Source of the DNA: Deltaproteobacteria bacterium
Lineage (GTDB): Bacteria > Myxococcota_A > Polyangia > Polyangiales > Houyiibacteriaceae
Reading direction: 5' to 3'
DNA: 54,095 nucleotides
NCBI GenBank assembly: GCA_034670305.1
Contig: JAXMNT010000050.1
Location: forward strand, 1-54,095
Below, in pieces: positions 1 through 12,553 of this stretch; the first letter of the stretch is position 1, and every line of letters starts with the position of its first letter. A program made the position numbers and the translations under genes. Under the pieces are notes generated by a model that worked only from the letters and a program-made list of their open reading frames with translations, had not been told where the DNA came from and did not search any database.

Positions 1-184
1 CCCCCGAGGCGCGTATCCTTGCCAGGCGCTCGAGGCGCGGGGCAAGAGAGGCACTCTCGGGAGGCAGACCGCTCAAGTCGCCATGATCACACGATCACGG
101 GACACGAAGAACGGTACAGGGCAAGGGGATCCGGCGATTGCCGGATCCTTGCGGTGGGGGCGGTTCGGACGCATCACGTACGTC

Positions 185-562
185 ATGAACGCCATCCTGA
201 ACATGCTGGTCCCCTTCGCCGCCCTGACCATTGGTCTGTGGGTGGCCACCAAGATCGTCAAAGGGGTGAAGATCGAAGGTGGGTTCTTCACGCACTTGAT
301 CGTCACCATGTTGTTCGGCGCGTTCAGCTTCTTCCTCGGCTGGCTGCTCTTCGTGGTGATCGGCGTCCTGACCATCGGGCTCGGCTTCCTGTTCAGCTTC
401 CTGACCCGGCTGGTCGTCTCCGCGATCGTCCTGCGGATCACCGACAAGTTCTCCAAGAAGCTGACCGTGAAGAGCTTCTGGTCTGCGTTCAAAGCATCGT
501 TCGTCATGACGCTCGTCGGCAGCATGGCGGAGTGGGGCCTCTACCTCTTGCTCTCGAGGTAG
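185..562 (+). CDS. 4-TM phage holin family (YvlD-like) membrane protein
   Basis: Four hydrophobic segments with the family pattern KIVKGVKIEGG ... VLTIGLGFL ... LTVKSFWSAF. ATG 185 preferred over ATG 83. Confidence 0.7.
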   Translation: MNAILNMLVPFAALTIGLWVATKIVKGVKIEGGFFTHLIVTMLFGAFSFFLGWLLFVVIGVLTIGLGFLFSFLTRLVVSAIVLRITDKFSKKLTVKSFWSAFKASFVMTLVGSMAEWGLYLLLSR

Positions 563-566
563 TCCG

Positions 567-1439
567 ATCGACGTTCACGTCATCGACGGAACCTACGAGC
601 TGTTCCGGATGTACTTCGGCGCGCCGAGCTCCGAAGCCGCGGACGGGACCGAGGTCGGCGCGACCCGAGCGCTGCTGCGCTCCCTCGCGATGATGTTGCG
701 CCAGCCCGAGGTCACGCACGTCGGCATCGCGTTCGACCACGTCATCGAGTCGTTCCGGAACGATCTCTTCGACGGCTACAAGACCGGCGAGGGCATGGAC
801 CCAGCGCTCTACGAGCAGTTTCCGCTCGCGGAGCGGGCCGGTCGCGCCCTCGGAATCCCCGTGTGGCCGATGGAGAAGTACGAAGCCGACGACGGGCTCG
901 CGTCCGCGGCCGCGAAGTTCGCGGAAGACGACCGAGTCGACCACGTCTACATCTGTTCTCCGGACAAAGACCTCGCCCAGTGCGTCGTCGCGGACCGGGT
1001 GGTGTGTTTCGACCGTCGCAAGAAGACTGCGATGGACGCCGACGGCGTGCGCGAGAAGTTTGGGGTCTCCCCCGCGTCCATTCCGGACTACCTCGCGCTC
1101 GTCGGCGACACGGCCGACGGCATCCCGGGTATCCCGCGCTGGGGCGCCAAGAGTACCGCTGCGGTGCTCGCGCGCTACGACCACCTCGAGTCGATCCCGG
1201 ACGACGCGTCGAAGTGGGACATCAAAGTGCGGAGCGCCGCCGCGCTCGCGCAGAACCTCGCCGGCGCGCGCAAGGACGCGATGCTCTACCGAGACCTCGC
1301 CACCCTCCGCACCGACGCCGAGATCCCGCAGTCGCTCGAAGAGATGAGGTGGTCCGGCGTAGACAAGGCCGAGCTCGCGTCGCTCTGCGAACGCCTCGGC
1401 GACGACCCTGCCCGCATCCGCCTCCCCGACCCGGCGTAA
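567..1439 (+). CDS. 5'-3' exonuclease / flap endonuclease (Xni/PolA N-terminal-like)
   Basis: Motifs IDGTYELFR, FRNDLFDGYK, YEADD, SPDKDL and LVGDTADGIPGIPRWGAK (H3TH). The conserved N-terminal motif lies upstream of the first ATG (609), so the start is placed at ATC 567 after GAGGT. Confidence 0.85.
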   Translation: MDVHVIDGTYELFRMYFGAPSSEAADGTEVGATRALLRSLAMMLRQPEVTHVGIAFDHVIESFRNDLFDGYKTGEGMDPALYEQFPLAERAGRALGIPVWPMEKYEADDGLASAAAKFAEDDRVDHVYICSPDKDLAQCVVADRVVCFDRRKKTAMDADGVREKFGVSPASIPDYLALVGDTADGIPGIPRWGAKSTAAVLARYDHLESIPDDASKWDIKVRSAAALAQNLAGARKDAMLYRDLATLRTDAEIPQSLEEMRWSGVDKAELASLCERLGDDPARIRLPDPA

Positions 1440-1523
1440 CACGTCGCTGAAGAGCGACCCGGGATCGCCCACTTCAAGGCGCGTGCGTTCGCCATGCGGA
1501 CGACCGGCGACTATAGAAGAGGT

Positions 1524-2000
1524 ATGGCCGGTGAGAAACGCTCCAAGAAGCCGGCGCCCCGGAGTACGCGCAAAGGGTCCGAGCGAACCGCGGTCCGAAC
1601 CCCAACCCCACGCCTCCGCCCCAAGAAGCCGTCCTTGAAGGCGGGCGCGTCGGAGACGACCGGGCTGGCCGAGTCGACCCAGTCCGACGACGTCGTGTTG
1701 ATCCACGGTCAATCCGAGGACGGCGCGCTGCAGATCCTCCGCAAGAAGGGCGAGACCCTCCTCGCCGGTGAGCTGCGGCCCCTCGAAGAGGGCAAGCCGG
1801 TGCAGGGCGACGTGCTCACGCTCAAGCCGCGACCCGAGATGCCCATGCTGTGCGACGTGGTCGACGAAGTGACGATCCCGGATTCCGCGAAGGCGGGGGC
1901 GAAACAGAGCATGCGGAGCGCGGGGCCAGCCCGCGTCTCGAACCCCCGATTCCGCGCCGGCTGGAAGAGCGTGTTCGGAAAACGCTCCAAACCGAACTGA
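1524..2000 (+). CDS. Hypothetical protein with basic disordered N-terminus
   Basis: Clean ORF with high-GC codon bias and a globular-looking core (DVVLIHG...LRPLEEGKPVQGDVLTLKPR). Confidence 0.6.
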   Translation: MAGEKRSKKPAPRSTRKGSERTAVRTPTPRLRPKKPSLKAGASETTGLAESTQSDDVVLIHGQSEDGALQILRKKGETLLAGELRPLEEGKPVQGDVLTLKPRPEMPMLCDVVDEVTIPDSAKAGAKQSMRSAGPARVSNPRFRAGWKSVFGKRSKPN

Positions 2001-2052
2001 CGGTCGATCCGATCGGCCCCCGCCGTCGTACCGGGCGGGAGAGTGTTCCTCA

Positions 2053-4296
<2,244 letters not shown>

Positions 4297-4300
<4 letters not shown>

Positions 4301-5682
4301 AGGCGAGGGCCCTCCGACTTCTGGCGGCCTTGTGCGTGCTCGCCCTCGGCTGCGGCGACTCCTCGGTGTCGTTCGACGCGGGTTCGGGCAGCGATGCGGG
4401 GACCGACGTCGGGATCGATGCGTTCGTCCCGGCCGACGCGGGGCGCGACGGTGGCCGGGACGCCGGCGCTGTGGACGCCGACCTGCGTCTCGACGCCGGA
4501 CCGGACGCGGACTTCGATGCGGGCACCGACGGTGGCGTCGACGCAGGAGTCGATGCGGGCACGGACGCCGGCACCGACGCGGGTGTCGATGGCGGCACCG
4601 ATGCCGGACCGATGGGTGTGATCGCCGGCACGCTGCTCTACGAAGACCGGCCGCAGGATCTGGCCGGGTTCACCGGCGCGGTGGTGGAGACGCCGGCGCA
4701 TGGATTCCGGGTGCAGCTGCTCTTCGACGGCGACGTCGTCGAGGAGACGCGGACGGACGCCACCGGTGCGTTCGCGTTCGTCGGCCGAGGGCACGAGGTG
4801 CAGGCGTTGAGCGACGCCGAGTTCGACGGGCACCGAGTGCAGGTCGTGACCCGTTCCGCGCGGCCGCGGCTCTATGGGCTCTTGGCCGCTGCGACCCCCG
4901 GAGATCCGATGCGCCTCCTCGCCCGCTCCGATCGCTCGGAGGGCGGCGCGTTCAACATCGCCGCGGTCGCCCGGGAGGCGTTCGAGTTCTACGCGCCCTA
5001 CGTGGGCGCCGCTGCGCCGACCCTCACCTACCGCTGGGAACGGGGCCGCGCGTTCGGATGCGGCTCCTGCTACGGCGGCGACGTCGTGTCGCTCGGCGGC
5101 GGCGAAGACGACACCGACGAGTACGACGACGTCATCATCCTTCACGAGCTCGGCCACTACTTCGTGGACCACTACTCGCACGACGACTCCCCCGGGGGCA
5201 GCCACCGCGACCGCCAGGTCTCACCGGTGCTCGCGTACGGGGAAGGCCTCGGGTACGCCTTCGCGCAGTTCGTGCGGAACGAGCCGTTCACGATCGACAC
5301 CTTCATCGCCGACGTGCGCAGCATCGACGCCGAGTTGATGACCATCGGCGGCGTCGAGATCGCCGAGTTCAGCGGCACGACGACCGGTACGCTGAGCGGC
5401 AACCTGCGGGAGGAGATCGTCAACGGCATCCTCTGGGACGCCTTCGACGAACCCTCCGCGGACGAACCCTTCGACCGGGTCGCGCTCGGCGTCGACGGCA
5501 TGATGACCTTGCTGGTCGATCACTTCGGCGGCCCGCTCCCGCCGAACCAAGGCGCCGCCGGGCTCGACCTGGCGGACCTGCTCTACGCCTTCGTCTGCTT
5601 CTCCGGCGTGCCCGCAGAAGACGCACAAGCCCTCGCCGACGACCGCGCGTTCCCCTGGACCGCGCCCACCGTCTGCGACTAG
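4297..5682 (+). CDS. Lipoprotein, putative zinc metallopeptidase with DAG-repeat linker
   Basis: GTG start overlaps the upstream TGA; lipobox LALGC; (DAG)n low-complexity stalk; ILHELGHY (HExxH) followed by AYGEG. Confidence 0.75.
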
Positions 5683-5688
5683 CAGACG

Positions 5689-5868
5689 GTGCCCGTGCCC
5701 GTGCCCTTGCCCGTGCCCTTGCCCTTCGACGAAGCAGTGGGGTGGGAACGGGTTGTAAGAAGCACGGGCTTCGGGAGTCGCAGTGCTAGGGAATCGCAGT
5801 GAATCGCAGTGCTGGTCGCCCAAGGCGAACCCCGAGGGCAAGGGCAGGGGCAAGGGCAGGGGCAAGGG
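5689..5868. repeat. Inverted hexamer arrays (KTGCCC)6 ... (GGGCAR)5 between convergent genes
   Basis: Arrays at 5689-5724 and 5836-5865 are near reverse complements of each other. Confidence 0.85.
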
Positions 5869-5886
5869 ATCAGGGACCCCCAGCTT

Positions 5887-6996
5887 TTAGTGTGTCGACT
5901 CGTCTGGGGGCGGCGGGATCGTGCCGAGTTTGGCTCGGCGTTCTCGCCAGCGGCGGCGGGCCATCTCGCGCATGTCCACTGCGCGGTCCGCTTCGTCGAC
6001 GATCTCGAGTCCGAGCAGGGTCTCGATCAGATCTTCCATCGTGACCACCCCATCCACGCCGCCGTACTCGTCGACGACCAGCGCGATGTGTTCGCGTGAA
6101 TCGAGCAACTGCTCGAAGAGCGCCGCCACCAAGAGTGAGTCCGGCACCGAGAGCAGCGGCCGGACGAGCGAGTCGACCGGGGTGTCGTGTTCGTCGTGCG
6201 CGGCGCGCAGGTACAGCTCGTCTTTGAGCACGTAGCCGATCACATCGTCGGGACCGTCTCGGTAGACCGGGATGCGCGAGAACACCATCGTGCTCTTCTG
6301 CTGCGTGTCGTCGGGCCTGCCTGAGGTGTCTTTGCGTCCGCGCGGCATCAGCTCACGCACCGTGGTGCCGGCCGGCACCGCGAACATCACAGTGCGTGGC
6401 GTCATGATGTCGCGCACCCGGAGGGATCCGAGACGGAACAGGTTGGAGAGGATGCGTGACTCGCTCGCGTCGAACACGCCCTGCGCTTCACCGAGCCGGG
6501 TCAGCGCTTCGATCTCTTGCTTCGAGACCTTCTCGCCTTTGCGTCCCGCCTTGATCAGCCGCGTCAGCCCCTCGCTCAACACGACCAGCGGATAGAGCAG
6601 GAAGATCAGGATGGGCAGGATCCGCGCGGCGAAGGGGACGAGCTTGCGCCAGTACACCGCGCCGACGGTCTTCGGAATGATCTCGGAGATGACCAGGATG
6701 AGCAGGGTGAGGATCGCGCTCGCGGCCCCGAGGTACTCCGAGCCGAAGTAGGCCGACGCTTCGGCGCCTGCGCCCACGGCACCGATCGTGTTCGCGATGG
6801 TGTTCAAGCTCAGGATCGCGGCGAGCGGGCGGTCGATGTTGGCTTTGAGTCGCTGGAGCGCTTCGCCGATCTTCGGCCGGGTTTCGACCGCACTCGCCAC
6901 ATAGGCGGGGGTGACGCTCAGCAGCGTCGCCTCGAGCACCGAACAGAGGAACGAAAAGCCCAGCGCGACGCTGATGTAGACGATCAGCAGGGTCAT
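5887..6996 (-). CDS. CNNM/DUF21 + CBS-pair protein (HlyC/CorC family)
   Basis: SFLCSVLEATLLS, AILSLNTIANT, EIIPKT, VRDIMTPR, SRIPVY, VVDEYGG...TMEDLIE. Confidence 0.92.
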   Translation of the reverse strand: MTLLIVYISVALGFSFLCSVLEATLLSVTPAYVASAVETRPKIGEALQRLKANIDRPLAAILSLNTIANTIGAVGAGAEASAYFGSEYLGAASAILTLLILVISEIIPKTVGAVYWRKLVPFAARILPILIFLLYPLVVLSEGLTRLIKAGRKGEKVSKQEIEALTRLGEAQGVFDASESRILSNLFRLGSLRVRDIMTPRTVMFAVPAGTTVRELMPRGRKDTSGRPDDTQQKSTMVFSRIPVYRDGPDDVIGYVLKDELYLRAAHDEHDTPVDSLVRPLLSVPDSLLVAALFEQLLDSREHIALVVDEYGGVDGVVTMEDLIETLLGLEIVDEADRAVDMREMARRRWRERRAKLGTIPPPPDESTH

Positions 6997-7080
6997 CGTA
7001 CGAAGGCGGCAGCGGGAACGCGGTCCAAGCCGAAGGACCGTAGCGTGCTCCGCCGCAGAGTAGTAGGTGGCGCCGGGATT

Positions 7081-8435
7081 TTAGCGGTTCGGTGGTGCCG
7101 GCGCGTGCAGCGGGTCCGGTCGCCGGTCACCGCCCTCCAGCGCCTCGTCGTGGCGGGCCACGATGAGCCGCGCCCCGCGCTTGAACGTCACGTACGACCA
7201 GAACCAGTTGAACATCACGATGAACCGGTTCCGGAATCCGACCAGGAACATGATGTGGACAACCCCCAGGCCAGCCACGCCATCAGTCCGGTGAGCTTCA
7301 TGCGGTCGGTCTGCACGACCGCGCGCGACCGGCCGACCGTGGCCATCATGCCCTTGTCCTTGTACTTGAAGACCGAGCGCGGACGTCGATCGAGGTCGCG
7401 CTGGATCTGCTTCGCGACGTGCTGGCCTTGCTGGATCGCGACAGGTGCGACGCCGGGCAGGGCGTGTTCTTGGCCTTCCGGGACGAAGGACGCGACGTCT
7501 CCGATGGCGAAGATCTCGGGCTGCCCCATCGCGGCGCAGTGGTCGTCGACCACCACCTGCCCCCGCTTCGAGAGCCGGACCCCGACCCGCTCGGCGAACG
7601 AGACGGGTTTGACCCCCGCGGCCCACACCACGAGCGCCGCATCCAGTGCTTCCTTCTCTCCGTCGCGGGACAGATCGGCGAGCGAGACACTGGTGGGTCC
7701 GACGTCTTCGACCCGCGTCTCGAGCCGCACTTCGACGCCGAGCTCCTCCAACTGATGCCGCGCGTCGAGGCTCAGCTCCTCGTCCATGCCGCTGAGCACC
7801 CGGTCGCCCATCTCGACCAGCACCACCCGGATGTCGTGCGGCGCGATGTTGCGGTAGTCGCCGGCGAGGACTTGCCGGCCGAGTTCGCAGATCGCCCCGG
7901 CCGTCTCCACACCGGTCGGTCCACCGCCGATGACCACGAACGTCAGCTTGTCCTGCCGCGACTCGGGATCGGGGTCCCGTTCCGCGGTCTCGAACGAGAG
8001 CAGCACCCGCTCGCGAATTCGGATCGCGTCGCGAATGTCCTTCATGCCGTGTGCGTGGGCCGCCCACTCGTCCCGGCCGAAGTAGCTGGTCTTCGCGCCG
8101 CACGCGACCACCAGCCAGTCGTAGTCGAGTGAGGTCCCATCGCGCAGCACGAGGCGGCGGTCTTCGCGGTCCACTTCCATCGCTTCGCCCAGCACCACCC
8201 GGGCGTTGCCCTGGCGGGCGAGCACGCTGCGGATCGGGATCGCGATCGAACCCGGCGCCAGCGAGGCGGTCGCCACTTGGTAGAGGAGCGGCTGAAACAG
8301 ATGGTGGTTCTCGCGGTCGACCAGGGTCACGTCGACGTCCACCCCAGCGAGGGACTGGGCCGTCTGCAGACCGCCGAACCCGCCTCCGACGATGACGACT
8401 TGTTTCCGGCGGGGCTGGGATGGGACGCGGCTCAT
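7081..8435 (-). pseudogene. ndh: Type II NADH dehydrogenase with a 1-nt frameshift (true lesion or sequencing error)
   Basis: GGGFGG, LFQPLLYQVAT, GGGPTGVE, VWAAGV and AIGD motifs. The conserved C-terminus (VHIMFLVGFRNR) is in another frame after a C5 run at 7263-7267. Confidence 0.85.
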
Positions 8436-8480
8436 GGCCAGAGATTATCGCCAACGCGCGAGTCAGGGTATTCTCTGCGC

Positions 8481-9509
8481 ATGCGCACTCCCATCTTGGT
8501 TGGTTTTCTCGTGGTTGGCCTGATTGCGTGCGGGGACGACGCCCCCACGCCGATCGAAGAGATCCCCGCGGTGTACGCCTCCGCGTTCTGTGAACAGGCG
8601 GACGCTTGCCTCGGGCCGCTCTTCGACGCGCTCTTCCCGGGCGACTGCGACATCGAGCTTCGGAAGCAACTCGAAGAGGGGACCCTTCCCCTGCTCGAAG
8701 CCGGCGTCACCAGCGGGGCCATCGTCTACCACGGCGAAGAAGTCGACGCGTGCCGCGACGAACTCCGCCGCTCGGGCTGTGCGATCTTCGACAACGGCGC
8801 CCTGCCGGCTTGCGAGCGGGTGTTCGAAGGCACGGTCGCCGTCGGCGGCGCGTGTGCGAGCGCGGAAGAATGTGTGGGCGACGGCACCTGCGCCGTCGAC
8901 GCGATGTGTCCGGGCAGCTGCGTGGCGCGCGTCGGCGCGGGGGCGGACTGCGTCTCGGAGTCGGACTGCGCGCGTGGCCTCGTGTGCAACGGCGGCTCGT
9001 GTTCGGATCCGCTCACCCTGGGCCAACCCTGTGAAGGGGACTGCGCAACGGGCCTCGCCTGCATCGAAGGGTTCTGCGCGTCCATCGCCGAGGTACTCGA
9101 CGGCGCGGTTGGCGACCCGTGCGATGGGGAGAACTTCGACCTCTGCGACGACGGCCTGCACTGCGCCGCGGTCGGGCTCGACGGAGATGCCGTGGACTGG
9201 GAGTGCGTGGCCACTTACTCCGCCGGCGGTCAGTGTCAGATCGCGATTCCGGAGGGGTGTCCGAGCGGTCAGCGCTGCGACGCCGATCCGGAGACCACCT
9301 TCATGTTCGACGGAACGTGTGTGCCGCTCCCGGACGAAGGCGAACCGTGCGAGGACGGAATCCTGAGCGCCTCGTGTCAGCCGGGCCTCGTCTGCGTCGG
9401 TACCTGCGTGCGTCAGCAGCACATCGGTGGGGCCTGCGAGACGGACGAGTACTGCTACTCGAGCACGTGCACAGCCGGCTTCTGCGCCGAGCCGACCTGC
9501 GAAGAATAG
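8481..9509 (+). CDS. Cysteine-rich lipoprotein (Dickkopf-like Cys repeats)
   Basis: Lipobox LIAC; repeated G..C.....C..GL.C motifs typical of myxobacterial exported proteins. Confidence 0.8.
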   Translation: MRTPILVGFLVVGLIACGDDAPTPIEEIPAVYASAFCEQADACLGPLFDALFPGDCDIELRKQLEEGTLPLLEAGVTSGAIVYHGEEVDACRDELRRSGCAIFDNGALPACERVFEGTVAVGGACASAEECVGDGTCAVDAMCPGSCVARVGAGADCVSESDCARGLVCNGGSCSDPLTLGQPCEGDCATGLACIEGFCASIAEVLDGAVGDPCDGENFDLCDDGLHCAAVGLDGDAVDWECVATYSAGGQCQIAIPEGCPSGQRCDADPETTFMFDGTCVPLPDEGEPCEDGILSASCQPGLVCVGTCVRQQHIGGACETDEYCYSSTCTAGFCAEPTCEE

Positions 9510-9524
9510 GGCGGCGGCTGAAGC

Positions 9525-9820
9525 GATCGCGGTCGCGGTAGCGGTCGCGGTCGCGGAAGCGGTCGCGGTAGCGGTAGCGGAAGCGGAAGCGGTTGCCGAA
9601 GCCGACACCGAAGCCGACGCCGAAGCCGACACTGAAGCCGAAGCCGAAGCCGAAGCCGACGCCGAAGCCGACGCCGAATCTGACGCCGAAGCCGACGCCG
9701 ATCCCGAAGCCGAAGCCGACACCGAAGCCGACACCGACACCGAAGGCGAAGCCGAAGCCGACGCCGATCCTGAAACTCGGGCACGGGCACGGGCACGGGC
9801 ACGGGCACGGGGGCTTCGGT
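9525..9820. repeat. Compound hexamer microsatellite (GCGGWN)n-(RCCGAM)n-(CGGGCA)5
   Basis: Read directly; lies between convergent stop codons at 9509 and 9839. Confidence 0.95.
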
Positions 9821-9838
9821 TTTCGCCTCAGCCGGGCC

Positions 9839-11005
9839 TCAGCCTCGTTTGAAGGGGGTCTCCTCCATCAGCATCGCGATCTCTCGCTGCACCCCGAACG
9901 CTTCGCGCGGTAGGTAGTCCGCGACCGCGTGGTGCAGCCGGGGATCGCGGACGTGGTGCACGCTGTGCACGCCGACTGGGAGCAGGCCGCGTTGCAGCTT
10001 GTGGTGTCCCTGGGCGCCGGCTTCGAATCGGGTCTGGCCTGCTTCGATCGCGCGCTCGAGCAGGCGGTAGTAGCAGAGCTCGAAATGCAGCATCTCGTGG
10101 TCTTGGTGGCAGCCCCAGTACCGGCCGTACAGGTGTGCGCCCTTCTCGAAGCTGAGGCTTCCGGCGACTGGGCGGTCCCCGTCGTAGGCGAGCACGCCCA
10201 CCGCGCGTGACAACGAAGCGCCTTGTTCGAAGAACGCGTGGGTCAGGTAGGGCTGGGAGCCTTTGCGCATGCAGGTGTCGCGGTAGAATCCGTACAGCGC
10301 CTCCCAGTCGGACTCCGTGAGCGCGTCGGCGGCTTTGGTCTCGATCCGCAGGTTCGATTCCGCCACGACGCGGCGCTCTCGGCGCACCTTCTTGCGCGCC
10401 GAGGATCGAAACCGGGCGAGCAGGTCGTCGAAGTGGGTCTCCTCCTGACGGGTGTAGTGAAACTGGAGGTTCAAGCGCGGCAGGAACGCGCCGGTCTCGA
10501 CCAGCAGATCCCGCTCTTCGAGCGTGAGGTAGAGCAGGTGGATCGAAGACGCGTCCGCTCGGTCGCAGACTTCCAACATGCCCGCGACCAGCGCGTGGGT
10601 GATCGACTTCTTGTCGACGCCGGGCCGAAAGAGCAGCCGGCGGCCGGTGGCGGGCGTCATCGGCGCCATCGACACGAGCTTCGGGTAGTACTCGATGCCG
10701 ATGCGGTGCGCGGCGTTGGCCCACGCGAAGTCGAACGTGTACTCGCCCCACGAGTGCTGTTTCAGATAGAGCGGCAGCGCGCCCACCAAGACGCGTGCGT
10801 CGTCGTCGGTATTGCTGCTGGTCTCACCACTCCACACGAGCAGCGGCACCGGTTGCCAACCGGTTCCCGGACCGACCGAACCACTCTCCTCGAGCGCGGC
10901 GAGAAACGCGTGCTCGGCGAAGGGATCGTCGTCGCCGACCAGCGCATCCCACGCGTCGGCCGGCACCGAGCGCACGCCGTCGGCGATCTCCACCTCCAGA
11001 CTCAT
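9839..11005 (-). CDS. FemAB-like GNAT protein (DUF482 family)
   Basis: [56 protein letters not shown]. Confidence 0.9.
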   Translation of the reverse strand: MSLEVEIADGVRSVPADAWDALVGDDDPFAEHAFLAALEESGSVGPGTGWQPVPLLVWSGETSSNTDDDARVLVGALPLYLKQHSWGEYTFDFAWANAAHRIGIEYYPKLVSMAPMTPATGRRLLFRPGVDKKSITHALVAGMLEVCDRADASSIHLLYLTLEERDLLVETGAFLPRLNLQFHYTRQEETHFDDLLARFRSSARKKVRRERRVVAESNLRIETKAADALTESDWEALYGFYRDTCMRKGSQPYLTHAFFEQGASLSRAVGVLAYDGDRPVAGSLSFEKGAHLYGRYWGCHQDHEMLHFELCYYRLLERAIEAGQTRFEAGAQGHHKLQRGLLPVGVHSVHHVRDPRLHHAVADYLPREAFGVQREIAMLMEETPFKRG

Positions 11006-11553
11006 CGGCGCGGCCGCCGCGGGTGGGGGGCCCCCAACGCGTGGCGCGGGATCCAGCGGTCGAGCCAACGTTCGGACCACAGGTGCACGAGGCCGGCGAC
11101 CACGAGCACGGCCCGCGTCGGCCAGCGCGCTTCCCACGACGCGACGCAGACCGCAGCCACCACGACCGCGGGTCGCAAGAGCGTGAGCGGTCCGAAGACG
11201 CTGACCGTCGCCAGCGTGCGCAGTTCGATCCCGCCGAAGAAGTAGGGCAGGAAGGCCGTCACGACGACCACCGCGTACACACCCACCACGCAGGCGAGCC
11301 GAACGCCGGCCTGCTGCATGTCCGCGTAGAGCACGCCTGGTTCTGCGGCAGCGAGCAGCACCGCGCCAGCGAGTCCCGCGAGCAGCGCGACCACCACCCA
11401 CCCTTGGGCGATGCCTCCCCGCACGGCCCGCACATAGAACCGCCCTTTGAAGATGCGCCCGTCGCGGCCGGCGGCGGCGCGGTACCCCGCGAAGCCGTGG
11501 TCCAAGAGCGACAGTCCGATGAGCGCGGCCGGCAGCGCGTCGAGCGCGGTCAT
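11002..11553 (-). CDS. Hypothetical 4-5 TM membrane protein
   Basis: Hydrophobic segments; ATGA overlaps with both neighbours; FAGYRAAAGRDGRIFK motif. Confidence 0.7.
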   Translation of the reverse strand: MTALDALPAALIGLSLLDHGFAGYRAAAGRDGRIFKGRFYVRAVRGGIAQGWVVVALLAGLAGAVLLAAAEPGVLYADMQQAGVRLACVVGVYAVVVVTAFLPYFFGGIELRTLATVSVFGPLTLLRPAVVVAAVCVASWEARWPTRAVLVVAGLVHLWSERWLDRWIPRHALGAPHPRRPRR

Positions 11554-12464
11554 GGCGTCATGTGTCGGAGCAGACGCGCGCTGCGACCGAGCGCTTCGGT
11601 CCACGCGCCAAAGGTTCCGCGGCGGATCCCGACCACGGGGCGGAGCGTGCGGGTGATTGGGAGGATCTTCGACCCCACGCGGAACACGCCCACCCGGAAG
11701 TCGTCGTGGCGGGCGGCGTCGATCAACGTGTCGGTCGTATGCGCGCGCAGCGCGGAGCGCACGCCGTCGTTCTGGGCCAGGGGTTCGCGCATGCGCGCGC
11801 GGTGAAAGAGCCAAGCGCCGAGCGGTGCCAACCAGCTCGGCTCCACGTCGAAGTGGAAGAAGGCTTCGGTGTGCGGGCCCTCGGTCTGCCCGCGGAAGAA
11901 CGCGCGCAGCCCCTCGTCGCGGAAGTGGTGCAAGACCCCCGTGGACAGGTAGATGTGCGCCGGCTCCGCGAGCGCGAACGCGTTGGCGACCCGGAACTGG
12001 CAGTCGAGGGACTCCACCGTCCGCAGTCGGTTCGCCTCGTCGACGAGCGCGCGGTTGAAGTCGCACCCGATGAGTTCGACGTCCGGCCCGAAGCTCCCTT
12101 TCGCCGCGAACCAGCGCATCACGTAGCCGAGACCGCAGCCGACATCGACGACCCGCACCGGCGAGACGCCGCGGACCTGGAGCAACTTCACCGTGGGCCG
12201 CAGCAACTCCAGGATGCGCTGCGGTTGCTGGAACTCCTCGTTGAGCCGTTGCAACTCGCGGTGGGCCCGCAGCAGAAGCTCATCGACTTCACGGGGGTTG
12301 AAGTGTCCCTCTTCGTCATGCGGGATCGCGCGGAGCACCCGCGCGGCCTTCCGCTGGCCATGCCGCATCAACGCGCCGAGGGCGTCGTCGCGAGGCACCG
12401 GCTGGCGTTCGAGCGACTCGAGATCGTAGGCGACGACCACGTCGCTGATCTCCGGGACATCCAT
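11550..12464 (-). CDS. Class I SAM-dependent methyltransferase
   Basis: VVDVGCGLG motif I, LIGCD motif and STGVLHHF. Confidence 0.85.
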   Translation of the reverse strand: MDVPEISDVVVAYDLESLERQPVPRDDALGALMRHGQRKAARVLRAIPHDEEGHFNPREVDELLLRAHRELQRLNEEFQQPQRILELLRPTVKLLQVRGVSPVRVVDVGCGLGYVMRWFAAKGSFGPDVELIGCDFNRALVDEANRLRTVESLDCQFRVANAFALAEPAHIYLSTGVLHHFRDEGLRAFFRGQTEGPHTEAFFHFDVEPSWLAPLGAWLFHRARMREPLAQNDGVRSALRAHTTDTLIDAARHDDFRVGVFRVGSKILPITRTLRPVVGIRRGTFGAWTEALGRSARLLRHMTP

Positions 12465-12513
12465 GGGTCCAGCAAACCACGCCCAGACCTCCGATGCGAC
12501 CTGTTCAGGTCTC

Positions 12514-12553
12514 GGTCAGATCCGGTTGGTCAGATCCGGTGGTCAGATTCGGT
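12514..12553. repeat. Tandem 13-14 bp repeat GGTCAGATYCGGT x3 covering the kinase stop codon
   Basis: Units at 12514-12527, 12528-12540 and 12541-12553. Confidence 0.85.

Noticed and set aside
185-562. Prophage inferred from the holin-family gene
   Set aside because: This family is commonly chromosomal, and no endolysin, structural or integrase genes lie downstream in the window (upstream context is not visible).
9427-9913. Dipeptide-repeat ORFs (AE, PK, RL, SA) over the microsatellites as real genes
   Set aside because: They are open in most frames simply because the hexamers lack stop codons, and there is no SD or unique domain to support them.
10328-10345. tRNA T-arm-like GGTTCGATTCC
   Set aside because: It lies inside the FemAB-like CDS, with no cloverleaf around it.
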